NCBI GenBank assembly: GCA_044225175.1
Contig: JBGAJA010000007.1
Coordinates: 13,492-77,491 of the forward strand
Source of the DNA: Candidatus Omnitrophota bacterium
GTDB taxonomy: Bacteria; Omnitrophota; Gorgyraeia; Zapsychrales; Fredricksoniimonadaceae
Length of the DNA stretch: 64,000 nucleotides
Direction of reading: 5' to 3'
Position numbers and translations under genes: made by a program. The stretch's first letter is position 1, and every line of letters begins with the position of its first letter. The notes under the pieces were generated by a model that had not been told where the DNA came from, made no database searches, and saw only the letters and a program-made list of their open reading frames with translations. This document shows, one piece after another, positions 22,418 to 33,124 of this stretch.

Positions 22418-23131
22418 GTGATTAGAGGTTTAATGGGCAAAAAAGTGGGGATGACCCAGATTTTCGATCAAGAAGGTAACATTACTCCTGTTACAGTTGT
22501 CGAAGCTGGTCCATGTACTATCTTAGGGTTGAAAGAAAATCCTAATAAAGTAGTATTAGGATATCAACCTGTTAAAGAAGCTAAACTGAATAAGCCACAA
22601 GCAGGTTTTTTCAAGAAGAATGGAATGACGCCTTTAAAACGCATTCGTGAATTTTCTAGCACAGACAATAAAGATTATAAGGTCGGTCAGGAAATTAAAG
22701 CCGATTTCTTTCAAGCTGGTGATTTCGTTGACGTGACAGGTACTTCTATTGGTAAAGGTTTCCAAGGTGGTATGGTTCGTTGGAATTGGAGCGGTGGTCC
22801 AGCAGCTCATGGTTCCATGCATCATCGTCGCATTGGTTCTAATGCTCCTTCGTCAGATCCTTCACGTACTTATAAGGGCAAGCATATGCCTGGTCATATG
22901 GGGATGGATCAAGTAACTGTTCAAGGTTTACGTGTCATGAAAGTGGAAGCCGATCAGAATATTATTTTGGTAAAAGGTGCAGTTCCTGGATCTAAAAATG
23001 GTTTTATCATTATTAGTAAATCAAGAAAGAAAGCTTTTCGTTCATTGGATGATAAGCGAGAAAATATTGTGGTTAATCGTAACCCAATGAAACAAAGTAA
23101 AGCTGCTGCTGGTAAAACAGCTAAAAAGTAA
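22418..23131 (+). CDS. rplC: 50S ribosomal protein L3
   Basis: GKKVGMTQ, GKGFQG. Confidence 0.98.
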   Translation: MIRGLMGKKVGMTQIFDQEGNITPVTVVEAGPCTILGLKENPNKVVLGYQPVKEAKLNKPQAGFFKKNGMTPLKRIREFSSTDNKDYKVGQEIKADFFQAGDFVDVTGTSIGKGFQGGMVRWNWSGGPAAHGSMHHRRIGSNAPSSDPSRTYKGKHMPGHMGMDQVTVQGLRVMKVEADQNIILVKGAVPGSKNGFIIISKSRKKAFRSLDDKRENIVVNRNPMKQSKAAAGKTAKK

Positions 23132-23146
23132 TATTAGGATAAGTCT

Positions 23147-23770
23147 ATGCCAGAATTAAATGTTGTAGATAGTAAAGGTAAAAAAGCTAATAGCATTGAA
23201 CTTCCAAAAGAGAAATTCGGTGTTCATGTTAATGATGCGGTTATTCATCAAGCAGTTGTGATGTATCATGCTAATACTCGTCAAGGAACGGTTTCTACCA
23301 AAGGTCGTGCTGAAGTTTCCGGTGGTGGAAAAAAACCCTGGCGTCAAAAGGGAACAGGTCGTGCTCGTGCTGGATCCAGCCGTTCTCCTTTGTGGAAAAA
23401 AGGTGGTATTACTTTTGGCCCAAAACCAAGAGATTTCTCGATTGAAGTTCCTAAGAAAGTTCGTATTGCTGCGCTGAGAGAATCTTTAAATGCAAAATTC
23501 TTAAATAATGAACTTATCTGTGTAGATAATGTTGATGTAACATCTGGAAAGACAAAAGAGTTTGCAAAAATTCTAGAAAATTTAAAACTTACTGGCAGAG
23601 TCTTAGCTATTTTAGATGGTTGTGATGAAAAAACATTCTTAGCATCACGTAACATTGCGCGTTTGAAATTAAATCGTGCTAGTGATGTGACAGCCCGCGA
23701 TATTTTAAGCAATAAGAACTTATTAGTAACCAAAACGGCCTTAGAAACATTACTTAAGAGAATTCAATAA
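23147..23770 (+). CDS. rplD: 50S ribosomal protein L4
   Basis: KPWRQKGTGRARAG. Confidence 0.98.
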   Translation: MPELNVVDSKGKKANSIELPKEKFGVHVNDAVIHQAVVMYHANTRQGTVSTKGRAEVSGGGKKPWRQKGTGRARAGSSRSPLWKKGGITFGPKPRDFSIEVPKKVRIAALRESLNAKFLNNELICVDNVDVTSGKTKEFAKILENLKLTGRVLAILDGCDEKTFLASRNIARLKLNRASDVTARDILSNKNLLVTKTALETLLKRIQ

Positions 23771-24048
23771 TGATTACTTCATACGATATTATCAAAGGTT
23801 TAGTGCGTACTGAAAAAAGTACAGATCAAGAAAAGCAACGTAAATATTTATTTCGTGTAGCAACTGATGCTACGAAAATTGATATTAGGCGTGCTGTTCA
23901 GGAAATTTACAAAGTTAAAGTCCAAGATGTCAATACCGTTCATGTGATTGGAAAATTAAAGCGTGTGCGTGTGAGATCTGGATATACTACTTCCTGGAAA
24001 AAAGCTATTGTCTCTTTACAAGAGGGACAAAAAATTGAGGTTGCATAA
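23770..24048 (+). CDS. rplW: 50S ribosomal protein L23
   Basis: TEKS, WKKAIV; synteny. Confidence 0.96.
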   Translation: MITSYDIIKGLVRTEKSTDQEKQRKYLFRVATDATKIDIRRAVQEIYKVKVQDVNTVHVIGKLKRVRVRSGYTTSWKKAIVSLQEGQKIEVA

Positions 24049-24887
24049 TGGGTATTCGTCGATTTAAACCTATTACTAACGGTCTTCGTCACGCAGCACT
24101 TCCAGATTTCGCTGAAATCACAAAGGGTAAGCCGGAGAAGTCTTTATTACGTCCTTTGAAGAGTTCAGGTGGTCGTAACTCTTATGGTCGTATCACATCA
24201 AGACATCGTGGTGGTGGTCATAAACGTATGTATCGTGTGATTGACTTCAAACGTACTCGATTGGATGATATTGCGACTGTTCTAGCGATTGAGTATGATC
24301 CTAATAGAACATGTCGTATTGCACTTATTGAATATAAAAGTGATAAAACCAAATCTTATATTTTAGCTCCATTAGATTTAAAAGTAGGAGATCAAATTGT
24401 AAGTACCGATTCTGCAGATGTTGAAATTACTCCTGGAAATTGCTTGCCATTATCAAAAATTCCTTTAGGAACAGGGATCCATAATATTGAATTGAAAGCT
24501 GGCAAAGGTGGACAGATTGTTCGTTCAGCTGGGGCTACTGCTCAGTTGATTGCTCGTGAAGGGGCTTTTGCTCACGTCCGTCTTCCATCCAGTGAAGTTC
24601 GTAAAATTGCGGTCGAATGTCGTGCTACTATTGGGCAATTAAGCAATGTTGAAAATGAAACAGTTTCCATTGGTAAAGCAGGACGTAGTCGTTGGTTAGG
24701 TCGTCGTGGTCAATCTCGTGGTGTTGTTATGAACCCCGTAGATCACCCACACGGTGGTGGTGAAGGTAAAGCTCCACAAGGTAATCCTCATCCAGTTACA
24801 CCATGGGGTAAACCAACTAAAGGTGCTAAAACTCGTAAACCGAATAAATATTCTAATCACTTAATTGTCAGAAGAAGGACTAAATAA
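24048..24887 (+). CDS. rplB: 50S ribosomal protein L2
   Basis: [20 protein letters not shown]. Confidence 0.99.
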   Translation: MGIRRFKPITNGLRHAALPDFAEITKGKPEKSLLRPLKSSGGRNSYGRITSRHRGGGHKRMYRVIDFKRTRLDDIATVLAIEYDPNRTCRIALIEYKSDKTKSYILAPLDLKVGDQIVSTDSADVEITPGNCLPLSKIPLGTGIHNIELKAGKGGQIVRSAGATAQLIAREGAFAHVRLPSSEVRKIAVECRATIGQLSNVENETVSIGKAGRSRWLGRRGQSRGVVMNPVDHPHGGGEGKAPQGNPHPVTPWGKPTKGAKTRKPNKYSNHLIVRRRTK

Positions 24888-24890
24888 GCT

Positions 24891-25178
24891 ATGTCACGTT
24901 CCATTAAAAAAGGTGCATACGTCGAAGAATCTTTAAAACGCCGTTTTGATAAATCAGTAGCTAGCGGCACACGTCAACCCATTAAAACATGGTCTAGACG
25001 ATCAACAATTATTCCAGATTTTGTCGGATATTCTTTTGCTGTACATGATGGACGTAAACATATTCCTGTATTTGTTACAGAAAATATGGTTGGGATGAAG
25101 TTAGGGGATTTCGTCGGAACTAGAACATTTAAGGCGCATGGTGGTGTCAAAGCTAAAAAAGCCATGCAGAAGAAGTAA
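24891..25178 (+). CDS. rpsS: 30S ribosomal protein S19
   Basis: IKTWSRRS. Confidence 0.97.
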   Translation: MSRSIKKGAYVEESLKRRFDKSVASGTRQPIKTWSRRSTIIPDFVGYSFAVHDGRKHIPVFVTENMVGMKLGDFVGTRTFKAHGGVKAKKAMQKK

Positions 25179-25188
25179 GGACTGAACA

Positions 25189-25524
25189 ATGATCGCACAA
25201 GCCAGAGGAAAATTTTTAAGAGTTTCATCTATGAAAATGCGTCAAGTTATTGATGCTATTCGAGGAAAAGACATTGCAACATCACAAGTTCTTTTAGAGC
25301 AAATCCATAAAGGATCTTGTGCTTATGTAAAGAAGGTTTTAGATTCTGCAGTGAGCAATGCAAAACAAAAAGGTGTTACTGAGGAACAATTATTTATTTC
25401 TCGCATTACGGCAAATCATGGTGGGGCATGGAAACGTTTTAGGGCAGCTTCTTTTGGTCGTGCAACACCAATTTTGAGAAGGACCACTCATTTAACTGTT
25501 GAACTAGATCTTAAAACAAAATAG
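25189..25524 (+). CDS. rplV: 50S ribosomal protein L22
   Basis: SAVSNA motif; synteny. Confidence 0.95.
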   Translation: MIAQARGKFLRVSSMKMRQVIDAIRGKDIATSQVLLEQIHKGSCAYVKKVLDSAVSNAKQKGVTEEQLFISRITANHGGAWKRFRAASFGRATPILRRTTHLTVELDLKTK

Positions 25525-25535
25525 GAGAAATTCAC

Positions 25536-26270
25536 GTGGGACAAAAAGTTAGTCCGTTAGCATTGAGACTTGGTTATACAAAAAATTGGCGAAGCCTTTG
25601 GTTTGCAGAACGCCGTGAGTTTTCTAAAAATATTCAAGAAGACTATAAGATTCGTAAATATATTAATGCTAAATTTAAACAAGCTGCTGTTTCATTAATT
25701 GTTATTGAACGTTTGGCTGATCAGATTAAAATTCGCATTCATTCTGCTCGTCCAGGTGTAATTATTGGTCGTCGTGGTGCTGATATTGATCGTTTACGTG
25801 GAGATTTAGGCGGTATTACAAAGAGAGAAATTCAAGTCGACATACAAGAAATTAAGAATCCATCTATTGATGCGCAATTGGTTTCTCAGAATGTTGCTTT
25901 CCAATTAGAAAAACGCGTTGCTTTTAGACGTGCTATGAAACGTGCTATGGAACAAGCTCGCGCTTCTGGAGCAAAAGGTATTAAGATTCGTTGCTCAGGT
26001 CGTTTAGGGGGCGCTGAAATGGCTCGTACCGAAAAATATTATGAAGGTAAGGTTCCTTTACAAACTTTGAGAGCAGATATTGATTATGGTTTTTCGGAAG
26101 CCTTAACAACATATGGGCTTTTGGGTGTTAAAGTTTGGATTTATAAAGGGGACGTGATTAAGGATCAAGAAGAAATTGAGGCGTTAGCAGCTGCGCAAAC
26201 TCAAACACAGCCACAGACAGCAGTTGTATCTGCAGTCGAAGCCGTCCCAGAAACTCAAAGCGTTAATTGA
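25536..26270 (+). CDS. rpsC: 30S ribosomal protein S3
   Basis: RPGVIIGRRG, GRLGGAEMAR. Confidence 0.98.
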   Translation: MGQKVSPLALRLGYTKNWRSLWFAERREFSKNIQEDYKIRKYINAKFKQAAVSLIVIERLADQIKIRIHSARPGVIIGRRGADIDRLRGDLGGITKREIQVDIQEIKNPSIDAQLVSQNVAFQLEKRVAFRRAMKRAMEQARASGAKGIKIRCSGRLGGAEMARTEKYYEGKVPLQTLRADIDYGFSEALTTYGLLGVKVWIYKGDVIKDQEEIEALAAAQTQTQPQTAVVSAVEAVPETQSVN

Positions 26271-26289
26271 TTAGAGAAGAGGAAATAGT

Positions 26290-26706
26290 ATGTTGTTAAT
26301 GCCAAAAAGAGTAAAATTTCGTAAAAGTCAAAAAGGTAAAACCCGTGGTATTGCTGTTAAGGGAAGTCAAATGCATTTTGGTGAGTTTGGTCTTAAAGCT
26401 TTAGAAAATGGATTTATTCCATCTCGTCAATTAGAAGCATCTCGTGTTGTAGTTGCTCGTAAATTACGTGGTACAGGCAAGCTTTGGATCAATGCTTTTC
26501 CACATAAATCAATTACCAAGAAACCTGCTGAAGTTCGTATGGGTAAAGGTAAAGGAGATATAGATCATTGGACAGCTGTAGTTCGTCGTGGAAAGATTGT
26601 TTTTGAATTAGGGGGTGTTCCTGAAGATTTTGCTAAACAAGTTTTACGTTTGGTTGCTTTTAAATTGTCTGTAAAGACTAAGTTTGTAACTCGTGGGGAG
26701 CATTGA
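26290..26706 (+). CDS. rplP: 50S ribosomal protein L16
   Basis: EVRMGKGKG. Confidence 0.98.
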   Translation: MLLMPKRVKFRKSQKGKTRGIAVKGSQMHFGEFGLKALENGFIPSRQLEASRVVVARKLRGTGKLWINAFPHKSITKKPAEVRMGKGKGDIDHWTAVVRRGKIVFELGGVPEDFAKQVLRLVAFKLSVKTKFVTRGEH

Positions 26707-26708
26707 TT

Positions 26709-26912
26709 ATGAAACATAAAGATTTAAAAGAATTTAATGATCAAGAATTAGCTGAAAAAGAAACTCAGCTAAAAAAAGAACTCTTTGAGCTTAATGGTCA
26801 ACGTCAATTGGGTCGTGTTGAAAAGCCGGCAAGTTTTCGTACTATTAAAAGAGATATTGCCCGTATTTTAACAGTTTTAAGTGAAAGAAAAAATCATGGA
26901 AAAAAGAATTAA
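26709..26912 (+). CDS. rpmC: 50S ribosomal protein L29
   Basis: KRDIARILT; ATG 26709. Confidence 0.94.
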   Translation: MKHKDLKEFNDQELAEKETQLKKELFELNGQRQLGRVEKPASFRTIKRDIARILTVLSERKNHGKKN

Positions 26913-27159
26913 TCGTCGTCGATTACTGACTGCAACCGTCGTAAGTGACAAAATGGATAAGACTAGAGTGGTTAAAGTGCAGAATGTTGCTAAGCATGCT
27001 AAATATTTAAAACCAGTGAGAAGTATAGCTACTTTCAAAGCGCATGATGAAAAAAACAGTACTAAAGTAGGCGATATAGTTCGCATCATGGAAACTCGTC
27101 CTTTATCAAAAGATAAACGTTGGATTATTCAAGAAGTCGTTGCCGGATCAAAAGCATAA
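26896..27159 (+). CDS. rpsQ: 30S ribosomal protein S17
   Basis: VVSDKMDKT, ETRPLSK. Confidence 0.97.
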   Translation: MEKRINRRRLLTATVVSDKMDKTRVVKVQNVAKHAKYLKPVRSIATFKAHDEKNSTKVGDIVRIMETRPLSKDKRWIIQEVVAGSKA

Positions 27160-27175
27160 AGAGCGGAGTAATATT

Positions 27176-27544
27176 ATGATTCAACTTAAAACAATTTTAG
27201 ATGTAGCTGATAACACTGGAGCTCGTAAGGCTTCTGTAATCAGTGTTTTAAAAAGTAAGGGGAAGATGTGGGCGCAAATAGGTGATATTGTGAGAGTTAA
27301 TATTAAAGAAAGTGCTCCAGAGGCGGCTGTAAAAAAAGGAACGATGGCAAAAGGCATTGTTGTTCGCACTACAAAACAAACCCGTCGCTCTGATGGTACA
27401 TATGTGCGTTTTGATAGTAACGCTGTTGTTATTATTGATGATGCTGGAAATCCTAAAGGTACTCGTGTATTTGGTCCAGTTGCACGCGAGCTTCGTAATA
27501 TGGATTATATGAAAATAATTTCTTTAGCACCTGAGGTTGTTTAA
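27176..27544 (+). CDS. rplN: 50S ribosomal protein L14
   Basis: MIQ..VADNTGA, GTRVFGPV. Confidence 0.98.
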   Translation: MIQLKTILDVADNTGARKASVISVLKSKGKMWAQIGDIVRVNIKESAPEAAVKKGTMAKGIVVRTTKQTRRSDGTYVRFDSNAVVIIDDAGNPKGTRVFGPVARELRNMDYMKIISLAPEVV

Positions 27545-27545
27545 T

Positions 27546-27857
27546 ATGTTACGCATAAAAAAAGATGATCAAGTCATGGTAATGGTAGGCAAGGAAAAGG
27601 GAAAGACTGGCAAAGTTGTTCGTGTGTTTCCAAAAGAAAACCAAGCCATTGTAGAAAATTTAAATATCATTAAACGTTCTGTTAAAAAGAGCGATACATT
27701 TCCACAGGGTGGTTATGTAGAAAAAGAGAAACCAATTGCATTAGCTAATTTAATGATTTTGGATAAGAAAGAAAATAAGCCTACCCGTTTTCAAGCTAAA
27801 GTGTTGAAAGATGGTTCAAAGCTTCGTATCGCAAAATCAAATGGTGAAACAATTTAA
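27546..27857 (+). CDS. rplX: 50S ribosomal protein L24
   Basis: KOW motif GKEKGKTGKV. Confidence 0.96.
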   Translation: MLRIKKDDQVMVMVGKEKGKTGKVVRVFPKENQAIVENLNIIKRSVKKSDTFPQGGYVEKEKPIALANLMILDKKENKPTRFQAKVLKDGSKLRIAKSNGETI

Positions 27858-27877
27858 GAAAACAAGAGGTTATCAAA

Positions 27878-28447
27878 GTGCCAGCTCGTTTATTAGAAAA
27901 ATATCGTAAAGAAGTAATTCCAGAAATTCAAAAGAAATTTGAAGTCACAAACCCTATGGCTGTTGCCCATTTAGAAAAAGTGGTTGTCAACATGGGGGTT
28001 GGAGAAGCTATTAGCGACGTCAAGATTCTTGATCGTGCTGCGGCTGATTTAGCTTTAATTACAGGCCAAAAGCCAATCCTGCGTCGAGCAAAGAAAGCTA
28101 TTTCTAATTTTAAATTACGTGAAAATTTACCTGTGGGCTGTAAGGTAACATTGCGCCGTGCCCGTATGTATGAATTTGTTGATCGTTTAGTGAATGTCTC
28201 TTTGCCTCGTATCCGTGACTTTAATGGGACTTCTCGTAAAGCTTTTGATCGTGAAGGGAATTACACTTTAGGCATTACTGATCAGGGTATTTTTCCTGAA
28301 ATTGATCCTGGTGCTCGCGATCATCGTATTCAAGGGATGGATATTACCTTTGTTTTTAGAAATGGTAATAAAGATCAAAATTTCGAAGTTTTAAGATTGT
28401 TAGGCATGCCTTTTGCTAAAGAACCTAATAAGGAAAAAGCTGGATAA
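27878..28447 (+). CDS. rplE: 50S ribosomal protein L5
   Basis: [16 protein letters not shown]. Confidence 0.98.
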   Translation: MPARLLEKYRKEVIPEIQKKFEVTNPMAVAHLEKVVVNMGVGEAISDVKILDRAAADLALITGQKPILRRAKKAISNFKLRENLPVGCKVTLRRARMYEFVDRLVNVSLPRIRDFNGTSRKAFDREGNYTLGITDQGIFPEIDPGARDHRIQGMDITFVFRNGNKDQNFEVLRLLGMPFAKEPNKEKAG

Positions 28448-28451
28448 AATT

Positions 28452-28637
28452 ATGGCTAAAAAAGGATTAGTAAATAAATCATTACAAGAACCAAAGTTTT
28501 CAGTCCGTCAGCACAACCGCTGTGGACTTTGCGGCCGCTCACGCGGATATTTAAGACGCTTCGGTGTCTGCCGCATATGTTTTAGAGAACTTGCCTGGAA
28601 GGGTGAAATTCCAGGAGTTAAGAAAGCGAGCTGGTAG
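28452..28637 (+). CDS. rpsN: 30S ribosomal protein S14 (short Zn-binding type Z)
   Basis: RCGLCGR..CRICFRE, KASW. Confidence 0.96.
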   Translation: MAKKGLVNKSLQEPKFSVRQHNRCGLCGRSRGYLRRFGVCRICFRELAWKGEIPGVKKASW

Positions 28638-29033
28638 ATGTCAGTTTCAGATCCAATTGCCGATACACTAACCATTATTCGTAATGCAATTCACGTCAAG
28701 AAAGAAACCGTTGAGTTTCGAGCTTCTAAATTGCTAGAACGTATTCTCATTATTTTTAAGAATGATGGTTACATTGAAGATTTTCGTCTTCTGAAAGATG
28801 ATAAGCAGGGAATTTTGAAGGTTTATTTAAAGTATGACAACAATCAACCATCTATTATGGGAATCAAACGTGTCTCGAGACCAGGTTTAAGAGTTTATGC
28901 AGACAATGCTAGAATTCCTCGTATTCTTAATGGTTTAGGTACAGCCATCTTATCTACTTCTAAGGGAGTTATTTCTGATCGTGAAGCTAGAAAACTTAAA
29001 GTTGGTGGTGAAGTTATCTGTGCGATTTGGTAA
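28638..29033 (+). CDS. rpsH: 30S ribosomal protein S8
   Basis: DPIAD, SRPGLRVY. Confidence 0.98.
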   Translation: MSVSDPIADTLTIIRNAIHVKKETVEFRASKLLERILIIFKNDGYIEDFRLLKDDKQGILKVYLKYDNNQPSIMGIKRVSRPGLRVYADNARIPRILNGLGTAILSTSKGVISDREARKLKVGGEVICAIW

Positions 29034-29051
29034 AAATAAAGGAATATTGTA

Positions 29052-29591
29052 ATGTCTAGAATTGCTAAAACCCCAGTGATTGTTCCAAAAAATGTTAAGA
29101 TTGCTTTCGATGCCAGTAAAGTTAATGTCGAAGGACCAAAGGGTAAATTGTCTATTAATTTACCCGCAGGCGTCAAGCTTGAACAAAAAGAGGATCAACT
29201 TTTTGTTAATCGTTTAAATAATACTAAACAATCAAAATCCAATCACGGTACCACCAAAAGATTGATTGTCAATATGTGTGATGGTGTAACTAATGGACAC
29301 AGAAAAGACTTAGAAGTTCAGGGAGTTGGTTTTCGTGTTGCTGTTCAAGGGCAAAAACTTGTATTAAACGTTGGTTTTTCTCATCCAGTAGAATTTGAGA
29401 TTCCCAAAGATGTTAAAGTAACAGCTGCCAAACCAACAGAAATTTCTGTCGAAGGTGTTGATAAGGCTTTAGTTGGTTTAGTTGCAGCAAAGATTCGTCA
29501 AATCAAACCTCCAGAACCTTATAAGGGTAAAGGTATCCGATATCAAGGTGAAGTCGTCAGACGTAAACAAGGTAAACAAGTTACCAAGTAA
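29052..29591 (+). CDS. rplF: 50S ribosomal protein L6
   Basis: PEPYKGKGI. Confidence 0.98.
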   Translation: MSRIAKTPVIVPKNVKIAFDASKVNVEGPKGKLSINLPAGVKLEQKEDQLFVNRLNNTKQSKSNHGTTKRLIVNMCDGVTNGHRKDLEVQGVGFRVAVQGQKLVLNVGFSHPVEFEIPKDVKVTAAKPTEISVEGVDKALVGLVAAKIRQIKPPEPYKGKGIRYQGEVVRRKQGKQVTK

Positions 29592-29607
29592 AATAAAGGG
29601 TAGTGAT

Positions 29608-29970
29608 ATGTTAAGTATTAAAGAACAACAAAGGCTTTTTAGACATGAGCGTCTTCGTAAAAATATTGTAGGAACATCAGTTCGTCCACGTTTATGTCTT
29701 CATAAAAGTGTAAATAACATTCAAGCTCAAATTATTGATGATTCGATTGGAAAAGTAATTTTAGGTAAGTCTACATTAGCTAAAGATGTTCGGTCTAAAA
29801 TCAAAACGGGTGGTAATGTTAATGCTGCTCAGATTTTAGGTGAAGCATTGGCAGCTGAAGCAGTAAAAAAAGGTATAACAAAAGTTTGTTTTGATCGTGG
29901 CGGATATATGTATCATGGCCGTATTAAAGCTTTTGCCGAAGCCGCACGTAAAGCTGGATTGGAGTTTTAA
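29608..29970 (+). CDS. rplR: 50S ribosomal protein L18
   Basis: FDRGGYMYHGRI; start moved to ATG 29608. Confidence 0.96.
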   Translation: MLSIKEQQRLFRHERLRKNIVGTSVRPRLCLHKSVNNIQAQIIDDSIGKVILGKSTLAKDVRSKIKTGGNVNAAQILGEALAAEAVKKGITKVCFDRGGYMYHGRIKAFAEAARKAGLEF

Positions 29971-29973
29971 TCA

Positions 29974-30621
29974 ATGAAAGAAAATAAGAAAAACGAAGAC
30001 CCAAACGAACAAGAAGTCAAGAATGTTGCTCAGGCTGAGCAAATACTTGAACAAGAAGAAGCTTTAAAGAAGGCCCCGGCTGATGAAGTTGTTGCGGGAC
30101 CTGCTCCAACAAAGGGTGGTCGTAGGCGTGGTGGAGAAAGAGAACGTAAGCCAGCTGCTAAGAAGTCTTCTTTAACTGATAGCGGTTTAATTGAGAAAGT
30201 TGTATCCATTAATCGTGTTTCTAAGACTACAAAAGGTGGAACTCGTTTGGCTTTTTCAGCTTTAGTGGTTGTTGGTGATGCAAAGGGAAAAGTTGGATAT
30301 GGATTAGGCAAAGCTTCTGAAGTTGCAACTGCAATTAAAAAAGGTCTTAATGCTGCACGTAAAAGTATGATCTTAATCAATCGTCGTGGAACAACAATTA
30401 CTCATCAGATTTTGGGTGAATGTGGTTCAGCTAGCGTTCTTCTTAAGCCTGCATCTGAAGGTACGGGCGTTATTGCTTCTGGTGCTGTCCGCGCTGTTTG
30501 TGACGGAGCAGGAATTACAAATATTTTGACAAAATGTCATCGTTCTAACAATCCAATCAATGTTGTTAAAGCAACGTTTGATGGATTATCACGTTTGAAA
30601 ATTTATAAAGAAAATAATTAA
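29974..30621 (+). CDS. rpsE: 30S ribosomal protein S5 (with N-terminal extension)
   Basis: FSALVVVGD, GTGVIA. Confidence 0.97.
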   Translation: MKENKKNEDPNEQEVKNVAQAEQILEQEEALKKAPADEVVAGPAPTKGGRRRGGERERKPAAKKSSLTDSGLIEKVVSINRVSKTTKGGTRLAFSALVVVGDAKGKVGYGLGKASEVATAIKKGLNAARKSMILINRRGTTITHQILGECGSASVLLKPASEGTGVIASGAVRAVCDGAGITNILTKCHRSNNPINVVKATFDGLSRLKIYKENN

Positions 30622-30630
30622 GGAACTCAT

Positions 30631-31080
30631 ATGCAATTGCATCAAGTTAGATCTCCTGCAGGTTCTCGTAAGCGTAAAGTTATTGTTGGTCGTGGTCGTG
30701 GGTCGGGCCATGGTAAACGTTCTGGTAAAGGACAAACTGGTCAGAATTCTCGATCTGGTCGTGCTGTCATGTCAGGGTATGAAGGTGGGCAAATGCGCCT
30801 GTTGCGTCGTTTGCCAAAAGTTGGATTCAACAGCAAATGGCCAGCAGATTATCAAATTGTTAATATCGAATCATTAAATAATTTCAGCGATGGCACTACC
30901 GTTAATCCTGAATTGTTAAAAAGCAAAAATTTAATTAAAACACTTCGTCGACCGGTCAAAATTCTAAGTGAAGGGGCAGTTACTAAGAAGCTAACAGTTG
31001 TGGCTCATCGTTTTTCAAAAACTGCTTCTGATGCGATCACTAAAGCGGGCGGAAAAGTTCAAGTGATTGGAAAAGAATAA
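30631..31080 (+). CDS. rplO: 50S ribosomal protein L15
   Basis: GRGRGSGHGK, EGGQ. Confidence 0.97.
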   Translation: MQLHQVRSPAGSRKRKVIVGRGRGSGHGKRSGKGQTGQNSRSGRAVMSGYEGGQMRLLRRLPKVGFNSKWPADYQIVNIESLNNFSDGTTVNPELLKSKNLIKTLRRPVKILSEGAVTKKLTVVAHRFSKTASDAITKAGGKVQVIGKE

Positions 31081-31082
31081 GA

Positions 31083-32450
31083 ATGATTTCACAGTTTGTT
31101 AAAGGTTTTGCGAACTGTTTTAAAATTGAAGAGCTGCGTAATAAGATTTTATTTACCATTGGAATTATTGCCGTTTATCGTTTGGGATGTTATATCCCAA
31201 CCCCAGGCATCAATGGAGCAGCTTTAGCAGAGTTCTTTCAAAGAATGAACACGAATACCGGTGGTGGTAACGTGTTTGGAATTATGGATATGTTTTCGGG
31301 TGGGGCACTTGGGAAAATGACCATTTTCTCATTAGGGGTAATGCCTTATATCTCGAGTTCCATTATTATGCAGCTTTTGACAGCTGTTATTCCAGCTTTA
31401 GAAAAACTATCCAAAGAAGGCCAAGCGGGTTATAAGAAAATTAATCAATATACTCGTTATGGAACGGTTGGATTAGGTGCTATACAGTCATTTTTTATTG
31501 CTCTTTGGCTTGAAAGTCCGTCTACATTTGGTGGGTTACAAATTGTGAGTGATCCTGGTTGGGGTTTTCGTTTAACAACCATGGCTACCTTAACAACTGG
31601 AACTGTATTTTTAATGTGGCTAGGAGAGCGTATTCAAGAACGAGGTGTTGGAAATGGTACCTCGCTTATTATTACAGCAGGTATTTTATCCTCTGCTCCA
31701 ACAGCTTTTCATTATCTTAAACTTCTCTTATCACCTTCATCGGGTGGAGCGCAGCTTCAACCAATGGCTCTTGTTTTAATGATTTTCTTCCTAATCACGG
31801 TTATCTTAGGTGTCACATTAATTTCACAAGGACAAAGAAGAATTCCAGTTCAGTACGCAAGACGTACTGGTGGAACACAAGTGCCAGGAGCTCAGGGAGC
31901 AGGCACATTTATTCCTTTGAAGGTTGATACAGCAGGTATTATTGCTATTATTTTTGCACAGTCTATTATTTTGTTTCCAGCGACGATTGCCAGTTTTATG
32001 CCTAACTCCCATTTGCAGCATTTTGCAACTTGGATTTCTCGTGGGCATATGCTGTATTATTCTATTTATGGCTTTTTAATTATTTTCTTTTGTTATTTTT
32101 ATACTGCGATTGTGTTTAATCCTGTAGATGTTTCGGAAAATTTGAAGAAACATGGTGGATTTGTTCCAGGTATTCGTCCAGGAAAAGAAACAGCAGATTA
32201 TCTAGATTATGTTTTAACGCGTATTACGTTAGTAGGCTCTTTATTTATTTGTATTATTGCGGTTATGCCTGATGCCATTATGGCTTCATTTAAGGTGCCA
32301 TATCTTGTTGCATCATTCTTTGGTGGTACTGGGGTTTTGATTACTGTTGGGGTTATGTTAGATACTATGAAACAGATTGAATCTCATTTGCAGATGCACC
32401 ATTATGAAGGTTTTATGAAAACGGGTCGTCTGCGAGGTCGTACAACATGA
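31083..32450 (+). CDS. secY: Preprotein translocase subunit SecY
   Basis: LGVMPYISSSII, GIRPG, multiple TM helices. Confidence 0.98.
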   Translation: MISQFVKGFANCFKIEELRNKILFTIGIIAVYRLGCYIPTPGINGAALAEFFQRMNTNTGGGNVFGIMDMFSGGALGKMTIFSLGVMPYISSSIIMQLLTAVIPALEKLSKEGQAGYKKINQYTRYGTVGLGAIQSFFIALWLESPSTFGGLQIVSDPGWGFRLTTMATLTTGTVFLMWLGERIQERGVGNGTSLIITAGILSSAPTAFHYLKLLLSPSSGGAQLQPMALVLMIFFLITVILGVTLISQGQRRIPVQYARRTGGTQVPGAQGAGTFIPLKVDTAGIIAIIFAQSIILFPATIASFMPNSHLQHFATWISRGHMLYYSIYGFLIIFFCYFYTAIVFNPVDVSENLKKHGGFVPGIRPGKETADYLDYVLTRITLVGSLFICIIAVMPDAIMASFKVPYLVASFFGGTGVLITVGVMLDTMKQIESHLQMHHYEGFMKTGRLRGRTT

Positions 32451-33124
32451 GAATTGTTTTGTTAGGCCCTCCAGGGGCTGGGAAAGGTTCTTTGGCATCA
32501 TTAGTAAAAGAGACTGTCGCAATTGAGCATCTTTCCTCGGGAGATATGCTTCGTGAAGAAATGAAAAAAGGATCTGGTTTGGGCCTTGAAATTAAAGCTT
32601 TGATTGAAAAAGGTGTATTAGTTCCAGATGAGATGATTACTAAGTTAGTTGAGTTGAAGGTGACTGGAGATTTAAAGAATTCTAATGGTTATTTTTTAGA
32701 TGGTTTTCCAAGAACAACTCAGCAGGCTCGAGATTTAGATAAGATTCTAGCTAACATAGGTCAGCCAATTGATTTTGTTTTATGCATGGAAGCTAGCTTA
32801 GATATTATTTTAAAAAGATTAGCTGGCCGTCGACTATGTCGCAAATGTGGAGCAGTGTATCACATTCATAATAAACCTTCAAAAGTAAGTGCTGTATGTG
32901 ATGCTTGCGGGGGTGAATTATATCAACGTGCTGATGATAATGAAGAAACAATCAAGAAGCGTATGCAGGTGTATGAATCGAGCACTAAGCCAATTATTGA
33001 ATATTATGCGTCCCAAGGCAAATTGAAGAAAATTGATGGCAATAAAGAGACGGCTGATCTTAAAGATGAACTATTGAAGATTTTAAATGAAGACAAGTCA
33101 CATCAAAATCAAAACGTCAGATGA
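32447..33124 (+). CDS. adk: Adenylate kinase (Zn-lid type)
   Basis: GPPGAGKG, LDGFPR, CxxC lid. Confidence 0.97.
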   Translation: MRIVLLGPPGAGKGSLASLVKETVAIEHLSSGDMLREEMKKGSGLGLEIKALIEKGVLVPDEMITKLVELKVTGDLKNSNGYFLDGFPRTTQQARDLDKILANIGQPIDFVLCMEASLDIILKRLAGRRLCRKCGAVYHIHNKPSKVSAVCDACGGELYQRADDNEETIKKRMQVYESSTKPIIEYYASQGKLKKIDGNKETADLKDELLKILNEDKSHQNQNVR

